Source of the DNA: Halarcobacter sp.
GTDB lineage: Bacteria; Campylobacterota; Campylobacteria; Campylobacterales; Arcobacteraceae
DNA: 64,000 nt
Reading direction: 5' to 3'
Assembly: GCA_963676565.1 (NCBI GenBank)
Contig: OY781089.1
Span: 1,600,001-1,664,000, forward strand
This document shows, piece after piece, positions 46,145 to 55,983 of this stretch. The notes under the pieces are model-generated. The model was given only the letters and a program-made list of their open reading frames with translations. It was not told the DNA's origin and ran no database searches. The first letter of the stretch is position 1, and the number at the start of each line of letters is the position of its first letter. The translations under genes were made by a program, and so were the position numbers.

Positions 46145-46213
46145 GAGATAAAGTATTTACTTTATCTTTTATTAAGAATAAGTAGGAGATAAAGTATTTA
46201 CTTTATCTTTTAT
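46132..46213. repeat. Perfect 41-bp tandem duplication containing a terminator hairpin
   Basis: TAAGAATAAGTAGGAGATAAAGTATTTACTTTATCTTTTAT at 46132-46172 and 46173-46213. Confidence 0.95.
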
Positions 46214-46217
46214 TTTT

Positions 46218-46364
46218 CTACATCAAAATTTTTTCACTCTTTCTATTACAATAAATTTCGATTAATATTAATGAAACTACTATAGACGTTATCATCCAAA
46301 AATATGGAATGTAAAAAGCTAAAATCAATAAAACAAAAATCATTGTTATTAATAGATATTTCAT
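46218..46364 (-). CDS. Small hydrophobic membrane protein, 48 aa (not in ORF track)
   Basis: Manual translation MKYLLITMIFVLLILAFYIPYFWMITSIVVSLILIEIYCNRKSEKILM*; AAGG upstream. Confidence 0.5.
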   Translation of the reverse strand: MKYLLITMIFVLLILAFYIPYFWMITSIVVSLILIEIYCNRKSEKILM

Positions 46365-46450
46365 ACCTGAAACCTTAAAATAAATTAATAATATAATAAT
46401 ATATAAAAGTAAATAAAAAGTAAATTATAAAATAGTTTTAGTTGATAAAA

Positions 46451-46479
46451 AAAGCTCTAAAAATTAATTTTAGAGCTTT
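46451..46479 (-). terminator. Intrinsic terminator of the SOR gene
   Basis: AAAGCTCTAAAA..TTTTAGAGCTTT with a T tract on the minus strand. Confidence 0.7.
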
Positions 46480-46514
46480 GTATAAGTTATTTGTTTATTT
46501 TAGAACTTTGAAGA

Positions 46515-46901
46515 TTATTCAGCTACAGAAACTTCTACAGGTGTAGATTCCCAAATACCGTGTTTTGTACAGTATCCGTGTGCAACAAGGTTTAATTTTT
46601 TACCAGTTGGAATAATTGTAAATGTTGTAGTATTATGAGCTTTAACATTTCCTAATGTTCCTGGAACATAAGATGCCTTTGCTAATTGAGTATCCCCATT
46701 AAATAGTGTTACTGACTCAATATAGTGATCAAAATCATCAGGGTGAGTATATTCGTTACCCATTTTTACAGTTACTTCAAATGGTTCACCTTTTTTTGCA
46801 GTTTCAGCACAGTGGATAAATGGTGAGTGTCTATCAATTAAGTCTCTTTTTGCTTCTCTCTCAACAGTATCGATGTCAACATATTTGTTAATTTTTGGCA
46901 T
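46515..46901 (-). CDS. 1Fe superoxide reductase-like protein (neelaredoxin/desulfoferrodoxin catalytic domain)
   Basis: DRHSP, HPDDFDHYI, YCTKHGIW (4His-1Cys). Confidence 0.9.
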   Translation of the reverse strand: MPKINKYVDIDTVEREAKRDLIDRHSPFIHCAETAKKGEPFEVTVKMGNEYTHPDDFDHYIESVTLFNGDTQLAKASYVPGTLGNVKAHNTTTFTIIPTGKKLNLVAHGYCTKHGIWESTPVEVSVAE

Positions 46902-46951
46902 ATTATTTCTCCTTAATAAAATTGGTGTGCATTATATCGAAAAATCTTGAA

Positions 46952-46975
46952 TTAATAAGATAATTATTTTATTAA
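46952..46975. promoter_or_regulatory. Fur/PerR-like inverted repeat upstream of the SOR gene
   Basis: TTAATAAGATAATTATTTTATTAA, palindrome with one mismatched pair; minus-strand TATAAT at 46931-46936. Confidence 0.5.
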
Positions 46976-47028
46976 AATTGTTTTTAAGAAAAATATCAGA
47001 AATAAAAGCTTCATTATGATAACATTCT

Positions 47029-47856
47029 TTGATGAATAAAGAAGATTATTTTATAAAACAATTTGATAAGAACTCATCTTTTATAGGAGATGATGGTGCT
47101 TTAGTTGATAATATTGTATACAGTAATGATGCTTTTTTTGAAGATGTTCATTTCAAAAAAGATTGGTTTAGTTTAAAACAGATTGCAAGAAAAGCAATGT
47201 TGGTAAATATCTCTGATGCAATTGCTATGAATGCAGTTCCTAAATATGCACTACTTACAGTTGCCATTCCTAAAGAATATACAAAAAAAGATATTAAAAA
47301 ATTGGCACAAGGTTTTTTAGAAGTTGCTAAAGAGTATGGAATTGAGATAATTGGTGGAGATACCATCTCTAATATAAAACTTGATATTAGCGTTACTATT
47401 ATTTCAAAAACAAATGATGCAAAATTAAGAAATGGAATCAAAAAAGATGATTTGATTTGCTATACAGGAGATTTAGGTACTTGTAAAAAAGATCTGGAAA
47501 AACTTTTGGCAGGGAAGAAAATCTTAAAAACATCAAAATTTTATGAGCCTAAATTAAAAGCAGAATTTTTTTATGAAGTTTCAAAGTATGTAAATGCAGC
47601 AATGGATATCTCAGATGGTTTATTTTTTGAACTTGAAAGAATGTCTAAACAAAGTAAGGTTGGTTTTAAGTTTTTTGATAATATTTCAAAAGAAATAGCT
47701 TGTTCAGGTGAAGAGTATGAACTTTTATTCTCTTTTTCACCAAAGCATATTAACAAAATAGAAGAGATAGCAAAAAAGCATAATGTAATTTTAAACATTT
47801 TTGCAAAAGCCAATAAAGGCAAATTTAGATGTGATTGTAAAAATCACCATTTTTAA
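47029..47856 (+). CDS. thiL: Thiamine-monophosphate kinase
   Basis: IGDDGA, NISDAIAM, IGGDT, MDISDGL, GEEYEL. Confidence 0.95.
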   Translation: MMNKEDYFIKQFDKNSSFIGDDGALVDNIVYSNDAFFEDVHFKKDWFSLKQIARKAMLVNISDAIAMNAVPKYALLTVAIPKEYTKKDIKKLAQGFLEVAKEYGIEIIGGDTISNIKLDISVTIISKTNDAKLRNGIKKDDLICYTGDLGTCKKDLEKLLAGKKILKTSKFYEPKLKAEFFYEVSKYVNAAMDISDGLFFELERMSKQSKVGFKFFDNISKEIACSGEEYELLFSFSPKHINKIEEIAKKHNVILNIFAKANKGKFRCDCKNHHF

Positions 47857-47872
47857 AAAGGAAAAATATAAT

Positions 47873-48937
47873 TTGAAAAATCTACAAAGGTATTTAAACC
47901 ATTCAAAAATTGATGTTCACTTTAAACAAAGTAAGGAAGACTTTGTTGTTACAGAAGTTCCATTATATGAATTCTCAGGTGAGGGTGAACATATAATCAT
48001 AAAGTTTAGAAAAAAAGATTTGACAACATGGGATGCTGTTCAAATTTTTTCAGAACAACTTGGATGTAAAAGTAGAGATATAGGATATGCAGGATTAAAA
48101 GATAAAAATGCTATGACAGTTCAGCATATATCAGTTCCAAAACAATGTGAAGCAAATATAGAAAAATTTGCCCATGATAATATTAAGATTTTAGAGAAAA
48201 CTTATCATAATAATAAAGTTAGAGTAGGGCATTTAAAAGGAAATAAATTTTTTATTAGACTTAAAAGAGTTACACCTTTAGATGCAAAAAAAATTGAAGA
48301 GGCTGTTTCAAGTATTTCTAAATATGGTATGCCAAATTATTTCGGGTTTCAAAGGTTTGGAATAGAAGGGGATAATTATAAAAAGGGTGAAGCTATTATA
48401 AATGGTGAATTAAAAGAAAAAAATAGAAAACTAAAGCAGATGTATATAAATGCTTATCAAAGTTATCTTTTTAACTCTTGGTTATCAAAGAGAATTGAAA
48501 TTTCAAAACTAATTGAGGCCTTTGAACCAAAAGAGATTTATGAAAAACTACAATTACCTTTAGATGTTGTAAAACTTATGAAATCCCAAGAACATCCATT
48601 TAAAATTGTTTCAGGTGATTTAATGAGCCATTATCCCTATGGAAGAATCTTTTATGTTGAAAACATGGAAGAGGAAGCTAATAAATTTTCTAAGTTTGAT
48701 AGAGTTCCAACTGGTTTACTTTGTGGTAGAAGAGTAAAAAAATCAGAAGATTTAGCTCAAACAATAGAAAAAGAGTTTGATAAAGAGATGAAAGAGGATG
48801 GAGCAAGAAGATTTGCTTGGATTTTTCCAACTGAGATAGAATCAAACTATAAAGAAGATAAAAATTGGATGGAATTGCAGTTTTATTTACCTAAGGGTTC
48901 ATATGCAACTGAATTTATTGCAGAAATTATTCATTAG
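47873..48937 (+). CDS. truD: tRNA pseudouridine(13) synthase; TTG start at 47873 preferred over 47801
   Basis: EDFVVTE, GYAGLKDKNAMTVQ, PNYFGFQRFG, LPKGSYAT; AAGGA before the TTG. Confidence 0.96.
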   Translation: MKNLQRYLNHSKIDVHFKQSKEDFVVTEVPLYEFSGEGEHIIIKFRKKDLTTWDAVQIFSEQLGCKSRDIGYAGLKDKNAMTVQHISVPKQCEANIEKFAHDNIKILEKTYHNNKVRVGHLKGNKFFIRLKRVTPLDAKKIEEAVSSISKYGMPNYFGFQRFGIEGDNYKKGEAIINGELKEKNRKLKQMYINAYQSYLFNSWLSKRIEISKLIEAFEPKEIYEKLQLPLDVVKLMKSQEHPFKIVSGDLMSHYPYGRIFYVENMEEEANKFSKFDRVPTGLLCGRRVKKSEDLAQTIEKEFDKEMKEDGARRFAWIFPTEIESNYKEDKNWMELQFYLPKGSYATEFIAEIIH

Positions 48938-49026
48938 CTAAAGAAACTATAAGTACATATTTTACTTTATTATTTTTAAGTTAATTTAGGTTAAACTTTT
49001 TTTAATGAATGAAAAAGGGCCAAATA

Positions 49027-49386
49027 ATGACTTATGAAGAATTGATAAAAGAGTTATGTGATGTTATAAAAGAATCTGAAGTAAATTCAGTTTCAATCTA
49101 TGAAAATTTAGAAGACTTAAATTCAAAAATTGAAAACTTTGATATTCCTGCACACGATAAAAGTAAAATTCAAGATAATATTTCAAGTTCTTTAGGTCTT
49201 CTTCAACATCAAGATTTACACAGACAAAAAATAGAAAGAGTTGTAAATTATGTTTGTGAAAAGAATAATATTGATTCTAGTGAGTATAATATTTCAAATT
49301 CTGCTAAAACAATATCAAGTGAAGATAGTGAAGATTTTATGTCACAAGATGAACTTGATGCTTTAATAAAAAGTATGAATCCTTAA
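49027..49386 (+). CDS. Short CheZ-like protein
   Basis: LQHQDLHRQKIERV (DxxxQ) and C-terminal SQDELDALI; AAGGG before ATG 49027. Confidence 0.75.
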   Translation: MTYEELIKELCDVIKESEVNSVSIYENLEDLNSKIENFDIPAHDKSKIQDNISSSLGLLQHQDLHRQKIERVVNYVCEKNNIDSSEYNISNSAKTISSEDSEDFMSQDELDALIKSMNP

Positions 49387-49415
49387 AGATAAAAAGGGAT
49401 TTCCTTTTTATCTTT
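49385..49415. terminator. Bidirectional terminator between convergent genes
   Basis: AAAGATAAAAAGG-gattt-CCTTTTTATCTTT. Confidence 0.7.
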
Positions 49416-51609
49416 TACATACATCTTTTTTAAGACGGTTAAGGTTTCCAAAGATTCTTAGTGATTCTATTTCAACCTCTTTAGCTTTTTCGTTGATTAT
49501 TGAATTATTTTGTTTTTCTGAGTTTACATCAACAAGGTTTTGTAGTTTTTTTGTTAAGTTCTCATTTAACTTTTTTAATTCTTCAATTGATTGATGGTTT
49601 GCATCTGGATTGATTTTTATATAGTTTTCAATCCATGTTCCTATTGAATTTTTTCTTTCAACTTGATATTGTGAATATGAACCAAGATTAGAATATACTT
49701 TATCTTTTAAAGAAAGTATTCCAACTTTTAAACTAGCTGTATCATACACTAAATCAATATTACAAACTTCATCTCTAGATTCTTGTAAGAATTCTGCTCT
49801 TGAAGCTGCTGTTACTAAAGAAGTAGACATATGTGCAATCTCTGCAGACATTTTAGAGATTCTATCAGCTACTTGTGCATTTTGTTGTGTAGCTTGGTCA
49901 AGCATAGTAACTGCATCATTAATTTGAGTAATTCCTCTCTCTTGTTCTTTAGACGAAGTTGCTACAAAGTCAATTTTTTCAATGGTTGAACTAATATTGT
50001 CATTTAATACTGTATATCCAGAAATCATATTATCAGAGATTTTTTTACCATCTTGAGCTTTTTGTGTTGCTTTTTCAACTATTTCTTTAATCTCTTTTGC
50101 AGCCTCTGCACTTCTACTAGCTAGATTTCTAACCTCTTGTGCAACAACTGCAAAACCTTTACCTGCTTCACCAGCTGTAGCAGCTTCAACTGCAGCATTT
50201 AGTGATAAAATATTAGTTTGGAATGAGATTTGATCAATCACTTCAATTGCTTCATTTATTGAGCTAACTTGAGTATTAATGTCATCCATTGCATTTGCAG
50301 TTCTATTAGCTAAGTTTTGACCATCTTCTGCTGATTTAGTAACTTTTTGAGCTAACTCTGCCATTTCAATAGAAGCTCTTGTGTTACCTTGTATATTTGC
50401 TGTAATTTGTTCTAATGCTGCAGCTGTTTCTTCTAAAGATGCCGCTTGTTGGTTTGACGCTTGAGACAAGTCATTAGATGCTTTAGATAATGTGTGGGTA
50501 TTTTTATCTAAAGAATCACCCGTATTCATAATCATTGCTAGTATTTCTGAAGTGTTATTTCCTACAAGTTTTATACCAGCAGTTAATGAACCTAAATCTC
50601 CATAAATTCCTCTATCATCAATTTTATGATCAAATTTTGATTTTGAATATTCTCTAAGTGTTGCATTTATTTTATCTAATGTCTCTTTTGTATTTGAGAT
50701 CATGATATTTAATTTATTTTTTAAATCCTCAACATATGGGTTAGAAGCTTTTGACTCAACTTTATAAACAAAGAAACCATTTCCAGTTTTTTCTAAAATA
50801 TCATTTGCTTCTTCTATTACTTTTTCATCTTGTTTTAAACCTTCTCTAACTTTATCCATATATGAGTTGAATAAATCTGCTACCTCTCCAACTTCATCTT
50901 TAGATACAACATCTAGTTTTATATTTGCATCATTTGAGTCAAGCAGGTTTTGGAATCCCTCTTTTAGTTTATTAATAGGATTTGTAGTTCTTTTTACAAT
51001 TATAAAAATCAATCCAATTGTTATCCACCCAAATATTGTAGATAAAATTAAAATTTCAACAACTAAATCAGCTATTCGGTCATCTGATTCGTCAAGTGAA
51101 AATGTTAAGTCCATTACACCAATAACATCACCTTCTTGTTGATTAGCATGACACATCAAACACTCTTGTGTAGCAACCATTGGTTTAATCATTCTTAAAT
51201 CGTGTACACCATTTTCAGTTGTTTCAATTAGTTGATTCTCTTTTGTTTTAAATGATTTTAAGATATCTTTATCTTTTGTATACTCTGTCCCTGGCGCATA
51301 CATCTCAATTAAACCTTGACTTTTTGCAATATTTAAGATTTTTACACCTTTAATAGTTCTTGCTTCATCTTCTGCTTTTTGAATTTGTGCAGGATCACCT
51401 GTATTCATTGCATTTCTTAAACTTTGAAACATCGCAGTGTTTAACATTTCAAGATTTTCTTTTGTTACTACAATAGAATCTTTTTTTACTTGTTCGGTTG
51501 TAAAATAAGTAACAATCAAACTTGAAAGTGTCATTAATATAAGTAACGAAAATATAATTTTATTACTTATTTTTTTTGTTATTAATTCTAGCATTATTCT
51601 CATCCCCAT
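49408..51609 (-). CDS. Methyl-accepting chemotaxis protein with a periplasmic c-type heme motif
   Basis: Two TMs, [40 protein letters not shown]. Confidence 0.95.
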   Translation of the reverse strand: MGMRIMLELITKKISNKIIFSLLILMTLSSLIVTYFTTEQVKKDSIVVTKENLEMLNTAMFQSLRNAMNTGDPAQIQKAEDEARTIKGVKILNIAKSQGLIEMYAPGTEYTKDKDILKSFKTKENQLIETTENGVHDLRMIKPMVATQECLMCHANQQEGDVIGVMDLTFSLDESDDRIADLVVEILILSTIFGWITIGLIFIIVKRTTNPINKLKEGFQNLLDSNDANIKLDVVSKDEVGEVADLFNSYMDKVREGLKQDEKVIEEANDILEKTGNGFFVYKVESKASNPYVEDLKNKLNIMISNTKETLDKINATLREYSKSKFDHKIDDRGIYGDLGSLTAGIKLVGNNTSEILAMIMNTGDSLDKNTHTLSKASNDLSQASNQQAASLEETAAALEQITANIQGNTRASIEMAELAQKVTKSAEDGQNLANRTANAMDDINTQVSSINEAIEVIDQISFQTNILSLNAAVEAATAGEAGKGFAVVAQEVRNLASRSAEAAKEIKEIVEKATQKAQDGKKISDNMISGYTVLNDNISSTIEKIDFVATSSKEQERGITQINDAVTMLDQATQQNAQVADRISKMSAEIAHMSTSLVTAASRAEFLQESRDEVCNIDLVYDTASLKVGILSLKDKVYSNLGSYSQYQVERKNSIGTWIENYIKINPDANHQSIEELKKLNENLTKKLQNLVDVNSEKQNNSIINEKAKEVEIESLRIFGNLNRLKKDVCKR

Positions 51610-51691
51610 GAATTAAGCTTATATACTGTATAATGTACTATTATAATTATTAATAAAATATTAAATTTAGTTAAAAGATGTAGAGAATTAT

Positions 51692-52252
51692 ATGATTGTA
51701 GGTATTGAAGGAACAATTGAAAGAAAAGAACCAACATTATTAAATGTAAATGTTGGTGGAATAATTTACGAAGTTTTTGTTTCAGTTAACTGTAGTTCAA
51801 AAATTATTGATACAAAAATAAAGCTTTTTATTACTCATATTATTAGAGAAGATTCACAAACTTTATATGGTTTCTTAGACCCCAATGAAAAAAAACTTTT
51901 TGATACTGTAATAAAAATAAATGGTGTTGGTCCAAAGGTAGCATTAGCTATTTGTTCAACTTTTACCCCTAGTTCTTTTGCAAATATTGTTAGTTCAAAT
52001 GATATCTCAATGTTAAAAAGAGTACCTGGTATTGGTCCTAAGGGTGCAAGTAGAATTTTAGTAGAGTTGTCAGGATTTATTATTGATGGTGAAGAAGATG
52101 GTAACACTGATTCAAATCATAATATTGAAGCAGCACTTGCTTTAGAGTCTTTAGGGTTTAAAAAAGATATAGTATCAAAAGTACTTAAAAACTGTAAATC
52201 TACAAGTACAAGTGATTTAGTAAGAGAAGCACTTAAATTTCTACAAAAATAA
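51692..52252 (+). CDS. ruvA: Holliday junction branch migration protein RuvA
   Basis: IRED..LYGF, GVGPK, VPGIGPK, ALESLGF. Confidence 0.97.
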   Translation: MIVGIEGTIERKEPTLLNVNVGGIIYEVFVSVNCSSKIIDTKIKLFITHIIREDSQTLYGFLDPNEKKLFDTVIKINGVGPKVALAICSTFTPSSFANIVSSNDISMLKRVPGIGPKGASRILVELSGFIIDGEEDGNTDSNHNIEAALALESLGFKKDIVSKVLKNCKSTSTSDLVREALKFLQK

Positions 52253-52273
52253 TAAAACTATAGGAGACATAGA

Positions 52274-53308
52274 TTGAAATTAGCTATCATTTTTGGAGGA
52301 AAATCTTATGAACATGAGATTTCAATAGTATCTGCAATTGCAATGAAAGATGTTTTAAAACACGAATTAACATATATTTTTTTAGATACAAATAGAGAAT
52401 TCTATCATATCCCAACAGATACAATAAAATCAAAACTTTTTAGTAGTGGTGAATATAAAAAATGTGATAAACTTCTTCTAAAAAATGGAGCATTTACAAA
52501 AAAAGCAATGTTTGGTGAAAAAACATTAGATTTTGATGTTGCTTTAAATATTATTCATGGTGGAGATGGAGAAGATGGTCTAGTTACATCACTTTTAGAA
52601 TTTAATAATATTCAATATCTTGGACCTAGAAAAGGTGCTTGCTCAGTATCTTTTAATAAGTTTTTAACAAAAGGTTATGCATCAAGTGTTGGTGTTAAAA
52701 CTATTCAATATAAATATTATACTAATAAATCGCAAATTTCAGTTGTTCAATATCCAGTTATCATAAAACCAGTAACACTTGGAAGTTCAATTGGTGTTTC
52801 TATTGTAAAAAATCAAGATGAATTAGATTATGCTTTAGATGTTGCTTTTGAGTTTGATGATGCAGTTATCATTGAGCCATTTATTCAAGGTATAAAAGAG
52901 TATAACCTTGCAGGTTGTAAGGTTAATGGGGAGTTTGTATTCTCTATAATTGAAGAACCACAAAAAGCCGAGTTTTTAGATTTCGATAAAAAATATTTAG
53001 ATTTTGCAAGAACTTCAAAAGCTATTGAAGCCAACTTAGATGATAAGATGGCTGAAAAAGTAAAAGAAACATTTAAAAAAATTTATAATAATACTTTTGA
53101 GGGCGCTTTAATTAGATGTGACCTTTTCATCAATGAAGATGAAGTTTATTTAAATGAGATAAATCCTATTCCTGGTTCTATGGCAAACTATTTGTTTGAA
53201 GATTTTAATGCAGTTTTCACATCTTTAGCTTCTTCTTTACCAAAACAAAGAAACATTACAATTAACTATGAGTATGTAAATAAAATACAAGCATCAAAGG
53301 GAAAATAA
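52274..53308 (+). CDS. ddl: D-alanine--D-alanine ligase
   Basis: FGGKSYEHEIS, HGGDGEDG, GSSIG, NEINPIPG. Confidence 0.96.
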   Translation: MKLAIIFGGKSYEHEISIVSAIAMKDVLKHELTYIFLDTNREFYHIPTDTIKSKLFSSGEYKKCDKLLLKNGAFTKKAMFGEKTLDFDVALNIIHGGDGEDGLVTSLLEFNNIQYLGPRKGACSVSFNKFLTKGYASSVGVKTIQYKYYTNKSQISVVQYPVIIKPVTLGSSIGVSIVKNQDELDYALDVAFEFDDAVIIEPFIQGIKEYNLAGCKVNGEFVFSIIEEPQKAEFLDFDKKYLDFARTSKAIEANLDDKMAEKVKETFKKIYNNTFEGALIRCDLFINEDEVYLNEINPIPGSMANYLFEDFNAVFTSLASSLPKQRNITINYEYVNKIQASKGK

Positions 53309-54028
53309 TTGGCTCAAAAGAGTATAAATATTGATAATAAAAAATTTGATATCTCTTATGATTTAGTAAACCCCTCTTTAAAAAACGATTTTGTTGTTTT
53401 ACATGGTTGGGGTTCAAATAAAGAGATAATGAAGCAAGCCTTTAGTTCTTATTTAAAAGATTTTAGACATATTTATATTGATATGCCAGGCTTTGGTAAA
53501 AGTTCAAATGATTATACTCTTACTACAAATGATTATGCAAAAATAGTTAATAGTTTTTTAGAAGAGTTAAATTCAGATAAAAAGATTATTGCTGGACACT
53601 CTTTTGGTGGGAAGGTAGCAACTTTAATAAACCCTGATAATCTTGTTTTATTAAGTACGGCTGGAATTTTAGAAGAGAAGCCATTAGATATTAAACTAAA
53701 AATAAAATTCTCAAAAATCTTAAATACTTTAGGTTTAAAAGGTATAACTAAAGCTTTTAGAAGTAAAGATGTTAATCAAATGAGTGAAGCTATGTACTCA
53801 ACTTTTAAAAATGTTGTTGATGAAGACTTTACAAACTCTTTTAAATCTTATAAAAAAAATGGTATGATTTTTTGGGGTGAAGAAGATAGTGCAACAACAC
53901 TTCCTTCTGGGAAAAAGATTCATTCATTGATTGAAAATAGTAGTTTTACTTCATATAAAGGTGACCACTACTTTTTCTTGAAACATGCAAATGATATTTC
54001 ACAAAAAATAGAAAATGGAATTATTTAA
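53309..54028 (+). CDS. Alpha/beta hydrolase
   Basis: LHGWG, DMPGFGKS, GHSFG, WGEED, GDH. Confidence 0.9.
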   Translation: MAQKSINIDNKKFDISYDLVNPSLKNDFVVLHGWGSNKEIMKQAFSSYLKDFRHIYIDMPGFGKSSNDYTLTTNDYAKIVNSFLEELNSDKKIIAGHSFGGKVATLINPDNLVLLSTAGILEEKPLDIKLKIKFSKILNTLGLKGITKAFRSKDVNQMSEAMYSTFKNVVDEDFTNSFKSYKKNGMIFWGEEDSATTLPSGKKIHSLIENSSFTSYKGDHYFFLKHANDISQKIENGII

Positions 54029-55464
54029 TGGAATACTTATATATTTTTACACATATAATTTTAATTATGGCATTAGGTTGGTACCTAATAACTAATCTTC
54101 AATGGTATAACTATAAAATTGAAAGAGTTGTTTTAAAACACCATAAATGGCAATGGCATATCACTTATTTTGTTGCACCAATTGTTTTATTTCATCTTTT
54201 ACCGGAACTTTATTTTACAATCTATTTTTACTTAATATTTATGACAAGTTTTATTTTATGGAATAAAAAACTTGACAAGTCTTTAGTTTTAACTGGTCGT
54301 GTAAAAAGATTTTTAGCAATACTATTATTTACAACTTTTGCAATAACTTCATTATGTTTAGCAAGTGAAGCTTGTCACTCAACAGCTGTATTTATTCCTT
54401 TATTTTTAGCATATGGTATCTCAACACTTTTAGAAAAGATGTTTTTTATATCTTTTAAACATAAAGCAAAAGAAAGACTTGAAACTATTCCTGGTTTAAA
54501 AACAGTTGCAATTACTGCTTCATATGGAAAAACATCAATTAAAAACTATTTATATCAAGTATTAAAAAATAAATATAAGGTTTATAAAACACCAAGGTCA
54601 GTAAATACTATAGGTGGAATTGTTTTAGATGTAAATAGAGATTTACCTTTAGATACTCAAATTTATATTGCTGAAGCTGGCGCAAGACAGATGGGTGATA
54701 TTGCAGAGATTACACTTTTTTTAGAACCAGAATATTGTGTGTTAGGTTCAGTTGGGGAACAACATATTGAGTATTTTAAAACTTTAGATAATATTATTCA
54801 TACAAAAATGGAGATTTTACAAAGTCCAAAGATGAAAAGAGGTTTTGTACATGAATCAGTTCCAATTAAAGAGTATGATACTATCACAAAATTTCCAGAT
54901 AATCTAAATGTTACAATGTCAAACTTAGATGGTATTTGGTTTGATATTTTAATCAATGGTGAACAACAACATTTCCATGCTCCTATACTTGGAAGTTTTA
55001 ATGCAATCAATTTAACAGCAGTAATTTTAGTTGCCCATGAACTTGGAATGAGTATTGATGAGATAAAAATGGCAATAAAAGATTTACCTCAAGTTGAACA
55101 TAGACTTCAAAAAATAGAAGCAGGTGGTAAAGTTATTATAGATGACAGTTTCAATGGTAACCTAGAAGGTATGCTTGAGGCAATTAATATTTGTACACAC
55201 CATGAAGGAAGAAAAGTTATTGTAACTCCTGGACTTGTTGAATCAACTTCTGAAGCAAATATTTTATTGGCAAATGAGATTAATGAAAAGTTTGATTTTG
55301 CAATTATTACGGGTTCTTTAAATACTCATTTATTAAGTGCAAATATTGATGATAAAAAACTATTTATATTAAAAGATAAAGAGCAATTACAAGATACACT
55401 TGCCCAAAAAACAAAAGCAGGGGATTTAATACTTTTTGCAAATGATGCACCAAACTTTATATAG
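54028..55464 (+). CDS. murF: Mur ligase, probable MurF with N-terminal membrane domain
   Basis: ITASYGKTS, EAGA, IDDSFN; follows ddl. Confidence 0.85.
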   Translation: MEYLYIFTHIILIMALGWYLITNLQWYNYKIERVVLKHHKWQWHITYFVAPIVLFHLLPELYFTIYFYLIFMTSFILWNKKLDKSLVLTGRVKRFLAILLFTTFAITSLCLASEACHSTAVFIPLFLAYGISTLLEKMFFISFKHKAKERLETIPGLKTVAITASYGKTSIKNYLYQVLKNKYKVYKTPRSVNTIGGIVLDVNRDLPLDTQIYIAEAGARQMGDIAEITLFLEPEYCVLGSVGEQHIEYFKTLDNIIHTKMEILQSPKMKRGFVHESVPIKEYDTITKFPDNLNVTMSNLDGIWFDILINGEQQHFHAPILGSFNAINLTAVILVAHELGMSIDEIKMAIKDLPQVEHRLQKIEAGGKVIIDDSFNGNLEGMLEAINICTHHEGRKVIVTPGLVESTSEANILLANEINEKFDFAIITGSLNTHLLSANIDDKKLFILKDKEQLQDTLAQKTKAGDLILFANDAPNFI

Positions 55465-55475
55465 GAAAACTTATA

Positions 55476-55967
55476 ATGGATAGACTTTATGCACCTTGGA
55501 GATTTGAATACGTAACAGAGGAAAAAATTGAAGGGTGTGTATTTTGTCATATACATAAAAATGTTGACAAAGATGAAAAACTTGGAGTTTTATTTAGAGA
55601 TAAAAACTGTTATGTTGTGATGAATAAATATCCATATTCTCCTGGTCATATGATGATAATACCTAATTTTCATACCGATAAAATTGAAGACTTAGATGAA
55701 CAAACATGGATTGATATGTCTATTAGAGTTAGACAAGCTACAAAAATGCTCAAAGAAGTTTTAAATGCCCAAGGTGTCAATATAGGAATGAACCTTAGTA
55801 AAGCTGCAGGAGCAGGAATTGCTGAACATGTTCATTACCATGTCTTACCAAGATGGTTAGGTGATACAAACTTTATTTCATCTATAGGAAATACAAGGGT
55901 ATACCCAGTTGACTTTGATAAGATATATTTGGATCTTAAAGTACAGGCTTCTAAGTATTTTTTATAA
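55476..55967 (+). CDS. HIT-family hydrolase
   Basis: CVFC, NKYPYSPGH, HVHYHV. Confidence 0.93.
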   Translation: MDRLYAPWRFEYVTEEKIEGCVFCHIHKNVDKDEKLGVLFRDKNCYVVMNKYPYSPGHMMIIPNFHTDKIEDLDEQTWIDMSIRVRQATKMLKEVLNAQGVNIGMNLSKAAGAGIAEHVHYHVLPRWLGDTNFISSIGNTRVYPVDFDKIYLDLKVQASKYFL

Positions 55968-55983
55968 TTAAATTGGATTGTAA

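Noticed and set aside
46132..46213. Possible CRISPR mini-array
   Set aside because: Two abutting copies with no spacer and no cas genes; the unit contains a gene stop and a terminator
47801..47872. Long truD start overlapping thiL
   Set aside because: TTG at 47873 has an SD and avoids the overlap
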